64,000 nt of DNA from Candidatus Spongiisociaceae bacterium (GCA_965219685.1 CBDCOH010000002.1:2528001-2592000), one strand, 5' to 3'. Shown: positions 29,520-39,333, counted from the stretch's first letter. Numbers and translations are program-made. Notes: a model not told the origin generated them from the sequence alone.

Positions 29520-29651
29520 TCAGGACCGATCCTTCCGCTCGCGCGAGCGGTGGCGAGCCCTCGCCCGGCGTTCCGCCCAGAAGATCAGAAACAGCCCCAC
29601 GAACGCTACGCCGAAGCCCACGATGTAGTCGTATGGATGATGTGCCAGCAT
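29520..29651 (-). CDS. Small single-TM protein (43 aa), below ORF-track cutoff
   Basis: MLAHHPYDYIVGFGVAFVGLFLIFWAERRARARHRSRERKDRS*: one TM helix followed by a basic tail. Confidence 0.6.
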   Translation of the reverse strand: MLAHHPYDYIVGFGVAFVGLFLIFWAERRARARHRSRERKDRS

Positions 29652-29887
29652 CGCTCTCAAATCTGCCGGGGGCCACTACGACCGGCTCGGCGCAACCCGA
29701 TCTCGGACACAAGCTTAGGAATCCTGCCCGGCTAAGCACCAAGCCCGAGTTGGGCATCCCGATGCGTGATCCAGGCACCGAGTCCGTCGCTCGCCTGCCC
29801 GGCTCGGCAGGAACGATTCCGAACGCTATGGCGTTGAACAGGGATAGAATGATCGATACCGGGCCCGATGACTAGGACTGGCCAACC

Positions 29888-30532
29888 ATGAGACGATTGC
29901 TACGCTCCTTAGCCTCGGCTGCGGCGCTCGCCGTGCTCCTCTCGGCCTGCGGCGGCGGAGGCAACCCGGACACGATCACGTACCGCGATGCGGACAACCG
30001 ATCGCTCTTCGAGTTGCCCAACGACTGGCATCTCTATCGCGCCGACGAACTCGTCCAGGTAGCGCCCGTACCCTTCCTCCCCGATACGGGCGGCAACATA
30101 GTCTCCTTCGTCGCCTTCGACGGCGCCGCAGGTCGCAATCTGGGGAACGTCGCCCTGGACGCGGCCGCCTCCGAGTTCCCCGTCGGCGCCCAGATCATCC
30201 GCCAGATAAGCGACACGGAGAGAAACGACATCTCGAACCGGTCGATGGCGCTGTCGGCCTACAACGCGTACACCGCCGGCCTGGGCGTGGAGATGCTCAA
30301 CCTGGCCGAGGATCCCTCATTCGACCGGAACTACGACGGCATCCGTGGCTACCTGGGGGTGACGCTGCAGGACGGTAGCCTGGAAGGGGTCATCTACGTG
30401 CGGGCCGTGCATAATCCTGATATGACGGAGTTGTATTCGATGGCAGCCGGCTGCTCGCTGGATTGTTTCACGAGAGAGCGGGACGTGATAGAAGAGGCTG
30501 TCAACTCCTGGGTCATCAACACGAGAAGGTAG
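29888..30532 (+). CDS. Hypothetical lipoprotein
   Basis: Lipobox LSAC; C-terminal GCSLDCF; directly upstream of the FtsH-like gene. Confidence 0.75.
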   Translation: MRRLLRSLASAAALAVLLSACGGGGNPDTITYRDADNRSLFELPNDWHLYRADELVQVAPVPFLPDTGGNIVSFVAFDGAAGRNLGNVALDAAASEFPVGAQIIRQISDTERNDISNRSMALSAYNAYTAGLGVEMLNLAEDPSFDRNYDGIRGYLGVTLQDGSLEGVIYVRAVHNPDMTELYSMAAGCSLDCFTRERDVIEEAVNSWVINTRR

Positions 30533-30539
30533 GCACACG

Positions 30540-32864
30540 ATGAAGGCCGACGTCAGACGCCGCTCTCCCACCTGGGACCGTATAAAGTTCATCGTGCTGA
30601 TCCTTTTCTTCCTGGGCGTCAGTGTCAGCGCCAAGGTGAATGCACCGTTCACGACCTTCGCCCAGGCGGTGCAGGATACGTGGAACGAGACCTTCGGCCG
30701 TATCCTGATAATCGCCCTGCCGCTGGAGATCCTGCGCCAGATCCACTATTACGTGTCCGAGAAGGTCGGTCCGTACAACCGCTTCTGGTCGCATGGGTTC
30801 TTCGGTGGGATGGAACGACAGGCACACCGCCGGTTCAAGCCGTGGACGCGCTTCCGGTTGGGCCGCTACGTCCGGATCGTGGTCTTCCTCCTGATCCTGG
30901 GGGCGGTGGTCGACTACTTCGTGGCCGATGTGAGCAGTCCGATCGAGGCGATCGTCCAGTTGCCGCGCATCCTGGCTCGCAACCTGCAGCAGTTCATCAT
31001 GTTCCTGTTCTACCCCCTGTTCCTGATCCTCCAGTTCGGGGCACTGTTCTGGTTCCTGTCCCGCGGGGGCGTGGACACGGTCATGCCGGAGGAGATAGAG
31101 ACCCGCTACTCGGACGTGTGGGGCCAGGACCATGTGCTCGATCTTGTGCAGGAGAACGTCGGATTCCTCGAGAAGCCGGACGAGATCGAGGCCAAGGGCG
31201 GTTACATCCCGGGCGGGATCCTGCTCTGGGGACCGCCGGGAACCGGCAAGACGCTCATCGCCGAGGCCACCGCCGGTGAGGTCGGCATCCCGTTCGTGTT
31301 CGTCGAGCCCGGTGCCTTCGTCAACATGTTCATGGGCGTGGGCATCCTCAAGGTCAAGGGCCTGTTCCGCAAGCTGCGCAAGCTGGCCCTGCGACACGGC
31401 GGGGTGATCGTGTTCTTCGACGAGGCCGACGCCCTGGGAAGCCGCGGCGCCCTGGCCCAGGGTGGTGGACCACCGCAGCCCGCCCACCCCCTGTCGGACA
31501 TCGCGGGATGCAATGGCCCGTCCTACCTCAGCGCGCAGTCGATGAGCATCATCGAAGACGGATTCGCGGTGGCGGGTCCGTCACCCGCCGAGTCGGACAA
31601 CCCGGGCCCGGGAACCCTCCTCGACCGCATCATCGTGGGCGGCGGGATGGGAGGCGGCGGGATGGGAACGCTCCAGGCGCTGCTCACCGAGATCTCCGGC
31701 CTCAAGAAGCCCAGGGGCATCACCAACAAGTTCCGGAAGATGCTGGGCATGAAGCCCAAGCCTCCCCCCAAGTACCGGATCTTCATCATGATGGCCACCA
31801 ACATGCCCAGCGTGCTGGATCCGGCACTGCTGCGGCCCGGCCGGATAGACCGGATCTACAAGGTCGGCTACCCCACCAAGGAGGGAAGGAAACGGACCTT
31901 CGAGGGCTACCTGGCCAAAGTGGAACACAGCCTGACGAAGCATCAGATCGACGAGTTGGCCGCCAAGACGCCGTACTACTCGGGCGCCAAGGTCAAGGAC
32001 CTGGTGAACGAGGCCCTGATCCTGGCCAAGCGGGATGACCGTGACAAGATCCGGTGGGAGGACATCTGGAAGGCCAAGACCCTGAAGGAGATGGGTCCTG
32101 CGGAGGGTTTCGAGTACGTGGAGCGGGAGGAGTTTGCGGTAGCCATCCACGAGGCCAGCCATGCCGTCGCCGCCCACCTGCTGAAGGCCCACCACAACAT
32201 CGATGTCGCCACGATCGAACGGCGGGGTGACGTGGGCGGGTTCGTCTCCTATATCGCCCTCGAGGACCGATTCGTCCAGTGGAAGACCGAGTTGGAGGTC
32301 GACATCAAGGTGTCTCTCGCCAGCCTTGCCGGGGAGCGGATGTTCTTCGATGGCGACAACTCGATGGGAGTGGGGGGCGACCTACGCAACGGCACCACCA
32401 TCGCCAGCCGCATGATCGGGGTGTGGGGTATGGGCGAGAACCTCGCCTCGAGTGCGGGCCTCCCCCAACACGCTCTCGATCAACCACCCGATCCCACCGG
32501 TGAAATCGCGAAAGGCATGAACTCCCAGGTCGAACGCAGGCTCCGGCGCCTCTACGACGAGGTGTACGGGATGATCGAAGAGCACAAGAGCGCGGTGTTC
32601 AACGTGGCGGCCCGCCTGCAGCAGAAGAAGACCATCTCGGGGGATGAGGTGGCCCGCATCATCGGCGTCGAGGCGGGAGCGGTCACCAAGCGGAAGCCGG
32701 TCGGCTTCGCGGCGGTGAGCGTCGACGACTACCGCCACGCCCTCGGGACGGGAATCGGCTCGAATGGACCGGGATCGAACGGGCCGGGCATCGAGTCGAA
32801 CGGACCGGGCATCGAGTCACGTGAACCGCGAGTCGGTTCATCGGGACGGCCGACCGAGCGGTAG
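30540..32864 (+). CDS. FtsH-like membrane AAA+ metalloprotease (paralogue)
   Basis: N-terminal TMs; Walker A GPPGTGKT; Walker B VFFDEAD; SRH ATN...LDPALLRPGRID; M41 HEASH zinc motif. Confidence 0.88.
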   Translation: MKADVRRRSPTWDRIKFIVLILFFLGVSVSAKVNAPFTTFAQAVQDTWNETFGRILIIALPLEILRQIHYYVSEKVGPYNRFWSHGFFGGMERQAHRRFKPWTRFRLGRYVRIVVFLLILGAVVDYFVADVSSPIEAIVQLPRILARNLQQFIMFLFYPLFLILQFGALFWFLSRGGVDTVMPEEIETRYSDVWGQDHVLDLVQENVGFLEKPDEIEAKGGYIPGGILLWGPPGTGKTLIAEATAGEVGIPFVFVEPGAFVNMFMGVGILKVKGLFRKLRKLALRHGGVIVFFDEADALGSRGALAQGGGPPQPAHPLSDIAGCNGPSYLSAQSMSIIEDGFAVAGPSPAESDNPGPGTLLDRIIVGGGMGGGGMGTLQALLTEISGLKKPRGITNKFRKMLGMKPKPPPKYRIFIMMATNMPSVLDPALLRPGRIDRIYKVGYPTKEGRKRTFEGYLAKVEHSLTKHQIDELAAKTPYYSGAKVKDLVNEALILAKRDDRDKIRWEDIWKAKTLKEMGPAEGFEYVEREEFAVAIHEASHAVAAHLLKAHHNIDVATIERRGDVGGFVSYIALEDRFVQWKTELEVDIKVSLASLAGERMFFDGDNSMGVGGDLRNGTTIASRMIGVWGMGENLASSAGLPQHALDQPPDPTGEIAKGMNSQVERRLRRLYDEVYGMIEEHKSAVFNVAARLQQKKTISGDEVARIIGVEAGAVTKRKPVGFAAVSVDDYRHALGTGIGSNGPGSNGPGIESNGPGIESREPRVGSSGRPTER
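32750..32822 (+). repeat. In-frame short repeat encoding (SNGPG/IESNGPG)n at the FtsH-like C-terminus
   Basis: Repeated tcgaacggrccgggcatcgag units. Confidence 0.6.
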
Positions 32865-32881
32865 GGGTCCTTAGCCGACCA

Positions 32882-35800
32882 CTACCGGCCAGAGGTGGAT
32901 CGGGTGGCTGCTCGTGACCCCACCGCCACAAGGCGGTCGCCGCCGCCCGCCGGATAGTCCGAAGCGGTTATCACCCCGCCCAGACCCTCGGAGATGTACC
33001 GGGCCAGCGCCTGGCGGTAGCTGACGCCCAGATTCGTGAACGGGAGGCCCGCCAACGGGTAACACTCGCCTCCGAGGGCCAGGAAGTCGAGGGTGGCGAT
33101 AACGACCGGGGCTCCGGGGACCACCTCCCCGTTCGCAACGATGATGGTTCCATCATTCAGAACCACCTCGCGCACCCGCGCACCCGGGTCACCGACGAGG
33201 GAGCAGTCCCGGTCCCTGGCAATCTCGCGGGCCGGGGCAGCCGGGTCGTAGTCGACCCTGAATCCCGAGATCTGCGGGAAATGGTCGCCGGCGTCGGGTA
33301 TCCGGTCGAGCGCCTGCTCGAGAAGGACGAGGAACACGTCGCGCGGGACGCTACCCACCGCCACGAAGCTGTCGAACGGGGCGATGTCCCAGGTGGTGGC
33401 GGTCGTTATGTCCCCGGCGGGAATCACCGAGTTGTTGCGGATGCTACCTGCGTGCTGGATGGCGACATCCGGGGGGTCACTCCCGAAGGCCTCCGCGAGT
33501 TGGGAGGCCGAGTTGAGCAGCGCGTCGGCCATCAGATTGCCGGCGTTGGTTGCAGCCGTACCCACCACCGAGACGCGACCGTCGAGCTCCACCTCCGTGA
33601 CACCTATGGCCCGGGCTTCGAAACGGCCGACCGCGGTTGCCAGGGGAACCACCACCTCGGCCTGGATACCGGGGTCGGGCGGCACATCGAGTCCCACCCC
33701 AACGGAACGTCCCTCAGCAGTCAGCACATTCCCCTCGGCATCGAAGGTGACTCTCAACTCTCCGATGCACCGGTACCAGCCCGGGACCGCCGCCAGCGGG
33801 ACCTCCCTCCCGGAACCGTCCTCCAGCCAGATCGGGTACGAGGCGAGCGCCTCCACCTCTTGGAGGCAACTGTCCCCCTCGTTGCGCAGCAGGTAGTTCC
33901 CGCCTCCGGACACGACCACATCCACCCCGGAGAGGCTCCCGGTGAACCGGGCTTCCTCGAAGAGGTCCTGGAGATTGGCGACCAAGAGGATCTTGTTGAT
34001 GCCGAGCTCCTCCAGGCGGGCGACCTCTGCCTGGACGGCCGGAAAGATCCTGGAGGCCTTGGCATTGCGGGGGCTCGAGATATCGGGCAACGCCGACGTG
34101 ACGACTCCGATCACTCCGATCAGTTCGCCACCGGCGTCGATCACGGTGCTACGAGCGATCAGGCCGCGGTCCACCAGGGACTGGAGCACGGGCTCCTGAG
34201 ATGCATCCAGGTTGGCGGCGAGGAACGGGATGGTCGGGACGAACCCTTCGACGAGCCGGCCCGCCACGTCCGGACCCAGATTGAAGTCACCACTGCCTAG
34301 TCCGATCGCGTCGTACAGGCCGCTCAGGGCGACCGAGTCGTAAAGGGGATCTCCTCGCTCCAGGGCGACCTCGAGTTCCGGAGAAGCCTGGATGTTGTCC
34401 CCAGAACCGAGCGTCACTAGCCCGTCACCCGGAGCGTCGGCCTGTAGTTGCTTCATGACGGTGACGAAGCGGGCGGCGCCGGGAACCGAGCCCTCGTCCG
34501 GAAGCAATCTCGACTCGCCGGCGCTGCTGTGCAGGATCGTGAGCACGAATCCGTCGGCCTCGTCGCCCTCGATAACTTCCTCGCCTGCCACCGCCGGCGG
34601 CAGCCCGGCGCCGGCGGTTCCGTCGGTCGGCGTGTAGCGGCATCCCCGGGCGATGGACCTGACCGGCAGGGGCTGGTACACATCGACCAGGGAAACCTCG
34701 TCGGCGCGAATCTGCACCAGGTGCCTTCCGTCCCCGACCGGAGTCACCGTCACCAGGTCGGACTCGCTTTCCGGAGGGACCGGCCATACGAAGTTGTGAT
34801 CGCCCGTGGTCAGGTTCCAGACAGCCACCCCGGTACCGTCGAGTTCGGCAACGTACAGCATCGAGTCGTCGTCGTGCCAGCCGGTCACACCGGACGTCGG
34901 TATGAAACGGTCGATTCCCGGTGGGCCCACCACGCCCTCCCCCTGCTCGTCCAGCAGGTAGTACGTGAGCACCGCCGACCTGTCACCGGTCTCCGGATCC
35001 TGTTCGACCAGTGACACCAGGGCCCGGGCGCCGGAGGGGCTCCGGTAACCCTCGACCGGGATCAGTTCCTGGCCGGATGGCGAGCGCCCCAGAGGCCGGG
35101 TCCAGACCACCGACCCCTCGACCGGATCGACCGCGTGGATGGCGAAGGAGTCGAAGTCGCCCTGCGTCACCGTTCCGGCTACCAGCACAAGGTCCCCTAC
35201 GGAGGTCAGAGCAGTCTCGAAGCCGCCTACCAGCACCTGCAGCGGCCCGGCAGTGCCCTCGATCAGCACCGGCCCGGGATCGATCGGGATCGACACCCCA
35301 TCGGCCAACCTCATTAGGGCCGGTGTCACTCCCGCCGAGACCGCATAGAGCTCCGAATCGAGCGCTACGGCCCGAACCCCTTCCACTCCCGCGAACGGCA
35401 CCCACGACGCGGCCAGCGGAGAGTGCCGGTACATCGCGCCGTCCAAGACGACCGGATCACCGGACTGATCCGGCGAGGCGGAGGCCGGAAGCTCCGCAGG
35501 CCGCACGACCCGCAGTCTCGTCTCGGGAACGATGCCGACGATGCCCCGCAGGGGATCCTCGGGAACCCCCGTGAGCTCGACCTCCAACTCGAAGGGACGC
35601 CCTGCCCGCCAACCTGCCATCCGCAGTGATTCCCCGGGCGCCAGTCCTGTCAGCAGGCTCAACAGTGCCTCGCGCGAGCCCGTCGGAACGCCGTCGACCG
35701 AGGTTATGACATCGCCCGCGCGGAGCACTCCGAAAGCCTTGGTCCCCTCGAACACCTGCAAGACCCTGACCCCGTCCCCGACCGCCAGGAAGCACCCGGC

Positions 35801-35968
35801 GGCATCGGGAAACAGCGTGGCCATGTCGGTCGGGTTGACCCAGTCGGGCACGACCTCCGACGGAAGGTCAAAGGTCGGGGACTCGGGGACGGACTCGGAA
35901 CAAGCCCATCCGATCACTGCGAGCAGGAGAAGGGAGGCAAGAGCCCGGAAGCGCTGCATCACCCCCAT
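32882..35968 (-). CDS. Lipoprotein: PDZ domain + beta-rich region + degenerate 5'-nucleotidase (metallophosphoesterase + C-terminal domain)
   Basis: Lipobox GWAC; PDZ GVRVLQV...LRAGDVITSVDG; TILH...GDN, FLAANLD, TNAGNLMADA, IAPF, FPQISG and TLDFLALGG. Confidence 0.8.
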   Translation of the reverse strand: MGVMQRFRALASLLLLAVIGWACSESVPESPTFDLPSEVVPDWVNPTDMATLFPDAAGCFLAVGDGVRVLQVFEGTKAFGVLRAGDVITSVDGVPTGSREALLSLLTGLAPGESLRMAGWRAGRPFELEVELTGVPEDPLRGIVGIVPETRLRVVRPAELPASASPDQSGDPVVLDGAMYRHSPLAASWVPFAGVEGVRAVALDSELYAVSAGVTPALMRLADGVSIPIDPGPVLIEGTAGPLQVLVGGFETALTSVGDLVLVAGTVTQGDFDSFAIHAVDPVEGSVVWTRPLGRSPSGQELIPVEGYRSPSGARALVSLVEQDPETGDRSAVLTYYLLDEQGEGVVGPPGIDRFIPTSGVTGWHDDDSMLYVAELDGTGVAVWNLTTGDHNFVWPVPPESESDLVTVTPVGDGRHLVQIRADEVSLVDVYQPLPVRSIARGCRYTPTDGTAGAGLPPAVAGEEVIEGDEADGFVLTILHSSAGESRLLPDEGSVPGAARFVTVMKQLQADAPGDGLVTLGSGDNIQASPELEVALERGDPLYDSVALSGLYDAIGLGSGDFNLGPDVAGRLVEGFVPTIPFLAANLDASQEPVLQSLVDRGLIARSTVIDAGGELIGVIGVVTSALPDISSPRNAKASRIFPAVQAEVARLEELGINKILLVANLQDLFEEARFTGSLSGVDVVVSGGGNYLLRNEGDSCLQEVEALASYPIWLEDGSGREVPLAAVPGWYRCIGELRVTFDAEGNVLTAEGRSVGVGLDVPPDPGIQAEVVVPLATAVGRFEARAIGVTEVELDGRVSVVGTAATNAGNLMADALLNSASQLAEAFGSDPPDVAIQHAGSIRNNSVIPAGDITTATTWDIAPFDSFVAVGSVPRDVFLVLLEQALDRIPDAGDHFPQISGFRVDYDPAAPAREIARDRDCSLVGDPGARVREVVLNDGTIIVANGEVVPGAPVVIATLDFLALGGECYPLAGLPFTNLGVSYRQALARYISEGLGGVITASDYPAGGGDRLVAVGSRAATRSTSGR

Positions 35969-36049
35969 AGGCTACGCCATATCGCGGTCAAAGAGTGGTG
36001 GACGTCCGCCAGTGGGGTCTTGAGGGGAGGGTGACCGGACGATCCTTCT

Positions 36050-36484
36050 TCAACCCTCGGTGTCGAGATCGTCGACGGCGAATATGTATTCGGCGACCGG
36101 ACGGCCACCCACCAGGTGCTCCTCGATGATGCGGTCCAGAACCTCCCCCGACACCGAGTGGTACCAGACCCCGTCGGGGTACACCACCGCGATGGGACCC
36201 TGCTCGCACACCCGCAGGCAGTCCACCTTCGACCTGAGGACGGTTCCCGTTCCCGGGTCGGCCGGTATGGGAGGCCGGTCGAAGTTGCCCCGCCAGTGAG
36301 GTGGCGCCGAGGCCAGGTCGAGTGCCTTGGTAGCCGACTTCAGCTGTCTCCAGGCGGCCAAGCCCTCCTCGTACGTCGAGCATCGCGGGTTCCGCTGCTG
36401 AGCGCACAGGAAAATGTGCCGCTGGAGACCTCCGATCGACAAGCCTTGCGCGATTCCGTGCAGACGTTCCAGCCGTTCTGTCAT
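36050..36484 (-). CDS. Thioredoxin-like [2Fe-2S] ferredoxin
   Basis: [13 protein letters not shown]...[22 protein letters not shown]...IIEEHLVGG. Confidence 0.9.
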   Translation of the reverse strand: MTERLERLHGIAQGLSIGGLQRHIFLCAQQRNPRCSTYEEGLAAWRQLKSATKALDLASAPPHWRGNFDRPPIPADPGTGTVLRSKVDCLRVCEQGPIAVVYPDGVWYHSVSGEVLDRIIEEHLVGGRPVAEYIFAVDDLDTEG

Positions 36485-37524
36485 GAGACCTCGATCCCCG
36501 GGTTTCGGTCGGTGGCCGCGAACTCGCCGATGACTGTCGTCGCCGGCGCCACGGATGCCACCTGTTCAAGGAGATCTTCAAGTATCCCGGGGGGAACGGC
36601 CATCAGCAAACCCCCGCTGGTCTGCGCGTCGGCCAGGATCTGCAGAACGGTCTCGCCGACCCGGCTCGTAACCATGGGCGCGACCGACCGCAGGTTGCGG
36701 GAACTCCCTCCCGGGTATACCCCCGCCTCCACCAGTCCGGACACACCGTCGAGTACCGGAACTGCGGAAGCGTCCACCCGCGCCGAGACATCCGATGCGT
36801 TCACGATCTCACGCAGGTGACCGAGCAGCCCGTAGCCGGTCACATCGGTGGCGCACCGCACACCGGCCTCCACCATCAGCCTGGATACGGGCCCGTTGAG
36901 GGTCGCCATGACCGACACGGCCTCGTCACGCAGGCTCCGTCCGACCACCCGGCGCTTCAGGCCGGTGATGATAACACCCGTGCCCAGAGGCTTGGTGAGC
37001 ACGATCAGGTCGCCGGGACGGGCCGCGGCATTGGTTGTCATGACCGCAGGATCCACCATCCCGGTGACGGCGAATCCGTAGAGCGGGACCTGCCCGTCGA
37101 TGGAGTGACCGCCGGCGATGGTTGTTTCGGCCTCGACCATGACATCGGCCCCGCCCGCCATCACGTCGGCCGCCAGATCCAGTGGAAGATCGGAGCGCGG
37201 CCATGCCACCAACTGCAGTGCGGTAACCGGGCGTCCCCCCATCGCATACACGTCGGAGAGGGCGTTGGCAGCGGCGATCCGGCCCCAGTCGTAGGGTTCG
37301 TCCACTATCGGGGCGAAGAAGTCCACGGTCTGGACGAGGGCGCGGCCGGGGTCGACCCGGAACACACCCGCGTCGTCAGACGTGGCCACACCTACCAGCA
37401 GGTCCGGATGGGATGTGGATGGATGGCTTGTGAAGGGGCGCAGGACCTGCGCCAACTCGTCGGGGCCGAGCTTGCTGGCTCAGCCGGCGCCCGGGGAGAA
37501 GGACGTCAACCGCATCTCCGGCAC
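36481..37524 (-). CDS. selD: Selenophosphate synthetase (selenide, water dikinase), selenoprotein with in-frame UGA
   Basis: SD AAAGGAGGT then GTG; [26 protein letters not shown] in frame with [37 protein letters not shown] and DAQTSGGLL. Confidence 0.92.
37437..37453 (-). promoter_or_regulatory. Putative bacterial SECIS apical hairpin
   Basis: GGCGCAG-GUC-CUGCGCC, with a G-initiated loop 33 nt after the UGA at 37480-37482. Confidence 0.7.
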
Positions 37525-37668
37525 AGGTCACCTCCTTTCGCGGTCCGTCGTCGAGGTGCTTGCTTGATCCCCGGAGAGTCTGGCACAAAGCACCCGCCCG
37601 ACCGCAAGCATCGGTCCTCGCATGATCGTTGCCGCCGAAGGTCCACGGCGCGGGTATCCTCGCGCGTC

Positions 37669-38157
37669 ATGAATACCCCGACCACGTGGCTGACCACGGA
37701 CGCCTATCGCAGACTCCAGGAGGAGTACAACACGCTCACCACCGACGGCCGTCTCCGTATAGCCGACCGCCTGGCCGAGGCGCGCGCCCATGGAGACATC
37801 CGGGAGAACGCCGACTACGACGCCGCCAAGACCGAGCAGGGTCTGATGGAAGCCCGGATCCGGAAGCTCCGCCACCTGCTCGACAATGCGGTCGTCGGGG
37901 ACACCGAGAGTGACCAGCACGACGACGGGACCGTCCGGATCGGATCCGTGGTTACGTTGCGAGACGAGTACGGGGACGAGGACGAGTACTTCGTCGCCAT
38001 ACCCGAGAACAAGGTGCCGGGATACCTGCTCGCCTCCCCGGCAGGACCCCTCGGCACCGCCCTGATCGGAGCCTCGGTCGGCGATGAAGTGTCATACCAG
38101 GCGCCGGGAGGAGCTTTTTCGGTAAAGGTGATCGCCGTCCGACCCTTCGCAGACTGA
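37669..38157 (+). CDS. greA: Transcription elongation factor GreA/GreB family
   Basis: WLTTDAYRRLQEE, ARAHGDIRENADYDAAK and SPAGPLGTALIG. Confidence 0.9.
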   Translation: MNTPTTWLTTDAYRRLQEEYNTLTTDGRLRIADRLAEARAHGDIRENADYDAAKTEQGLMEARIRKLRHLLDNAVVGDTESDQHDDGTVRIGSVVTLRDEYGDEDEYFVAIPENKVPGYLLASPAGPLGTALIGASVGDEVSYQAPGGAFSVKVIAVRPFAD

Positions 38158-38163
38158 GAGATC

Positions 38164-38890
38164 GTGCCGAGCCGCACGTATCACCGGACACATCAATGGT
38201 TGACAATCAGGTCCGATCCCGCCGAGTTGCCGCCGGATGCCTGGATGAATCTCGGCGAGGCGGTTGTGAAGTTGCAGTGGATCGACAGTTCCTCAATGCG
38301 GTCCGCAGTGAACAGTCCACGATCGGCACCGTTTGATCGTAGACAAGCCCGGACGAGATGACGTCGACGTGACACTCCCATGCGATCCGCATCTGCAACA
38401 TCGTCGTCGGCAACGGCCCTGACGGCGGCTCGGTCGACGGCGAGTTCCGCATTGGAGGCAAGGTGGGAGGACCACCTCGGTCCCTCTCCGGAGGACTGCA
38501 ACTATCTGCTGGGACGCCTATGCGACTGGATCAACGGTCCCGACTTCGCGGTCGATCACAACGATCCGGATTCCCATTTCAAACCGATCGCCAAGGCGTT
38601 GGTCGCCCATCGCTTCCTGGCCTCCATCCACCCGTTCGCCGACGATAACGGCAGAACAGCGAGGCTCCTGGCGTCCCGATTGCGGGCGAGGCGGCATCCC
38701 GAACGCGACCTGCTACATCCTGGCGAACCACCACAACCGGACCATCACGGAGAACAGCCGGGTGCCCCCGCGATTCGGTCGGGTCGGGCCGAGTGGGATT
38801 GGGAACTTCCTCTCCTATGCCCTGAAGGCCTTGACGGAGGAACCGGACGAAGTGGTCGCCTGGGTCGTCACCGACCACCAACTGATCTAG
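38164..38890 (+). pseudogene. Decayed Fic-family gene
   Basis: Fragments in different frames: RTYHRTHQWL...WMNLGEA; PEDCNYLLGRLCDW...AHRFLASIHPFADDNGRTAR (Fic motif with G>D); GIPNATCYILANHHNRT. Confidence 0.75.
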
Positions 38891-39333
38891 GAGGGGTCCC
38901 GGTTCCGGGACTGCTTCCAGTTCCCGGACCGTGGCGACTGGTCCCGTTCGGATAGGTCGGGCGGCCCGAGACCGCGAAAATCGCCGGACCGGACCCCTCC
39001 GGCGGGCCCACCCCCGACCGCCACCTCCTCGACTTCCGAACGCGTCCCGCCATCCCGCAGCGGAGGGTCGGCACAGACAGCATGATCCCTGCCCCGGTCC
39101 GGTCGGTACCGTACTCGGACCGGTGGTGTTTACGGCTACTTACCAGTATGCAACGGGGGTGTGACACGGACAACCCCCATGTTGCAGGAGACCGCGCTGA
39201 TCGTAGACCGGGCAGGTCCTGAACACGGTTGACCGCCCGGCCTATCAGGAGGGGGGCCGAGATGTCGCAGGAGTTGAATCAGGACGACCAATCGGTTAGA
39301 TAGCCTGGCATCGGCGAAGAGGAAGGAATCGCG

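Noticed and set aside
36817-37668. 446-aa ORF extending greA upstream
   Set aside because: The extension is antisense to selD. GreA homology and a -10 box indicate a start at 37669.
37525-37668. Possible tRNA-Sec next to selD
   Set aside because: No cloverleaf, UCA anticodon arm or T-loop motif is visible.
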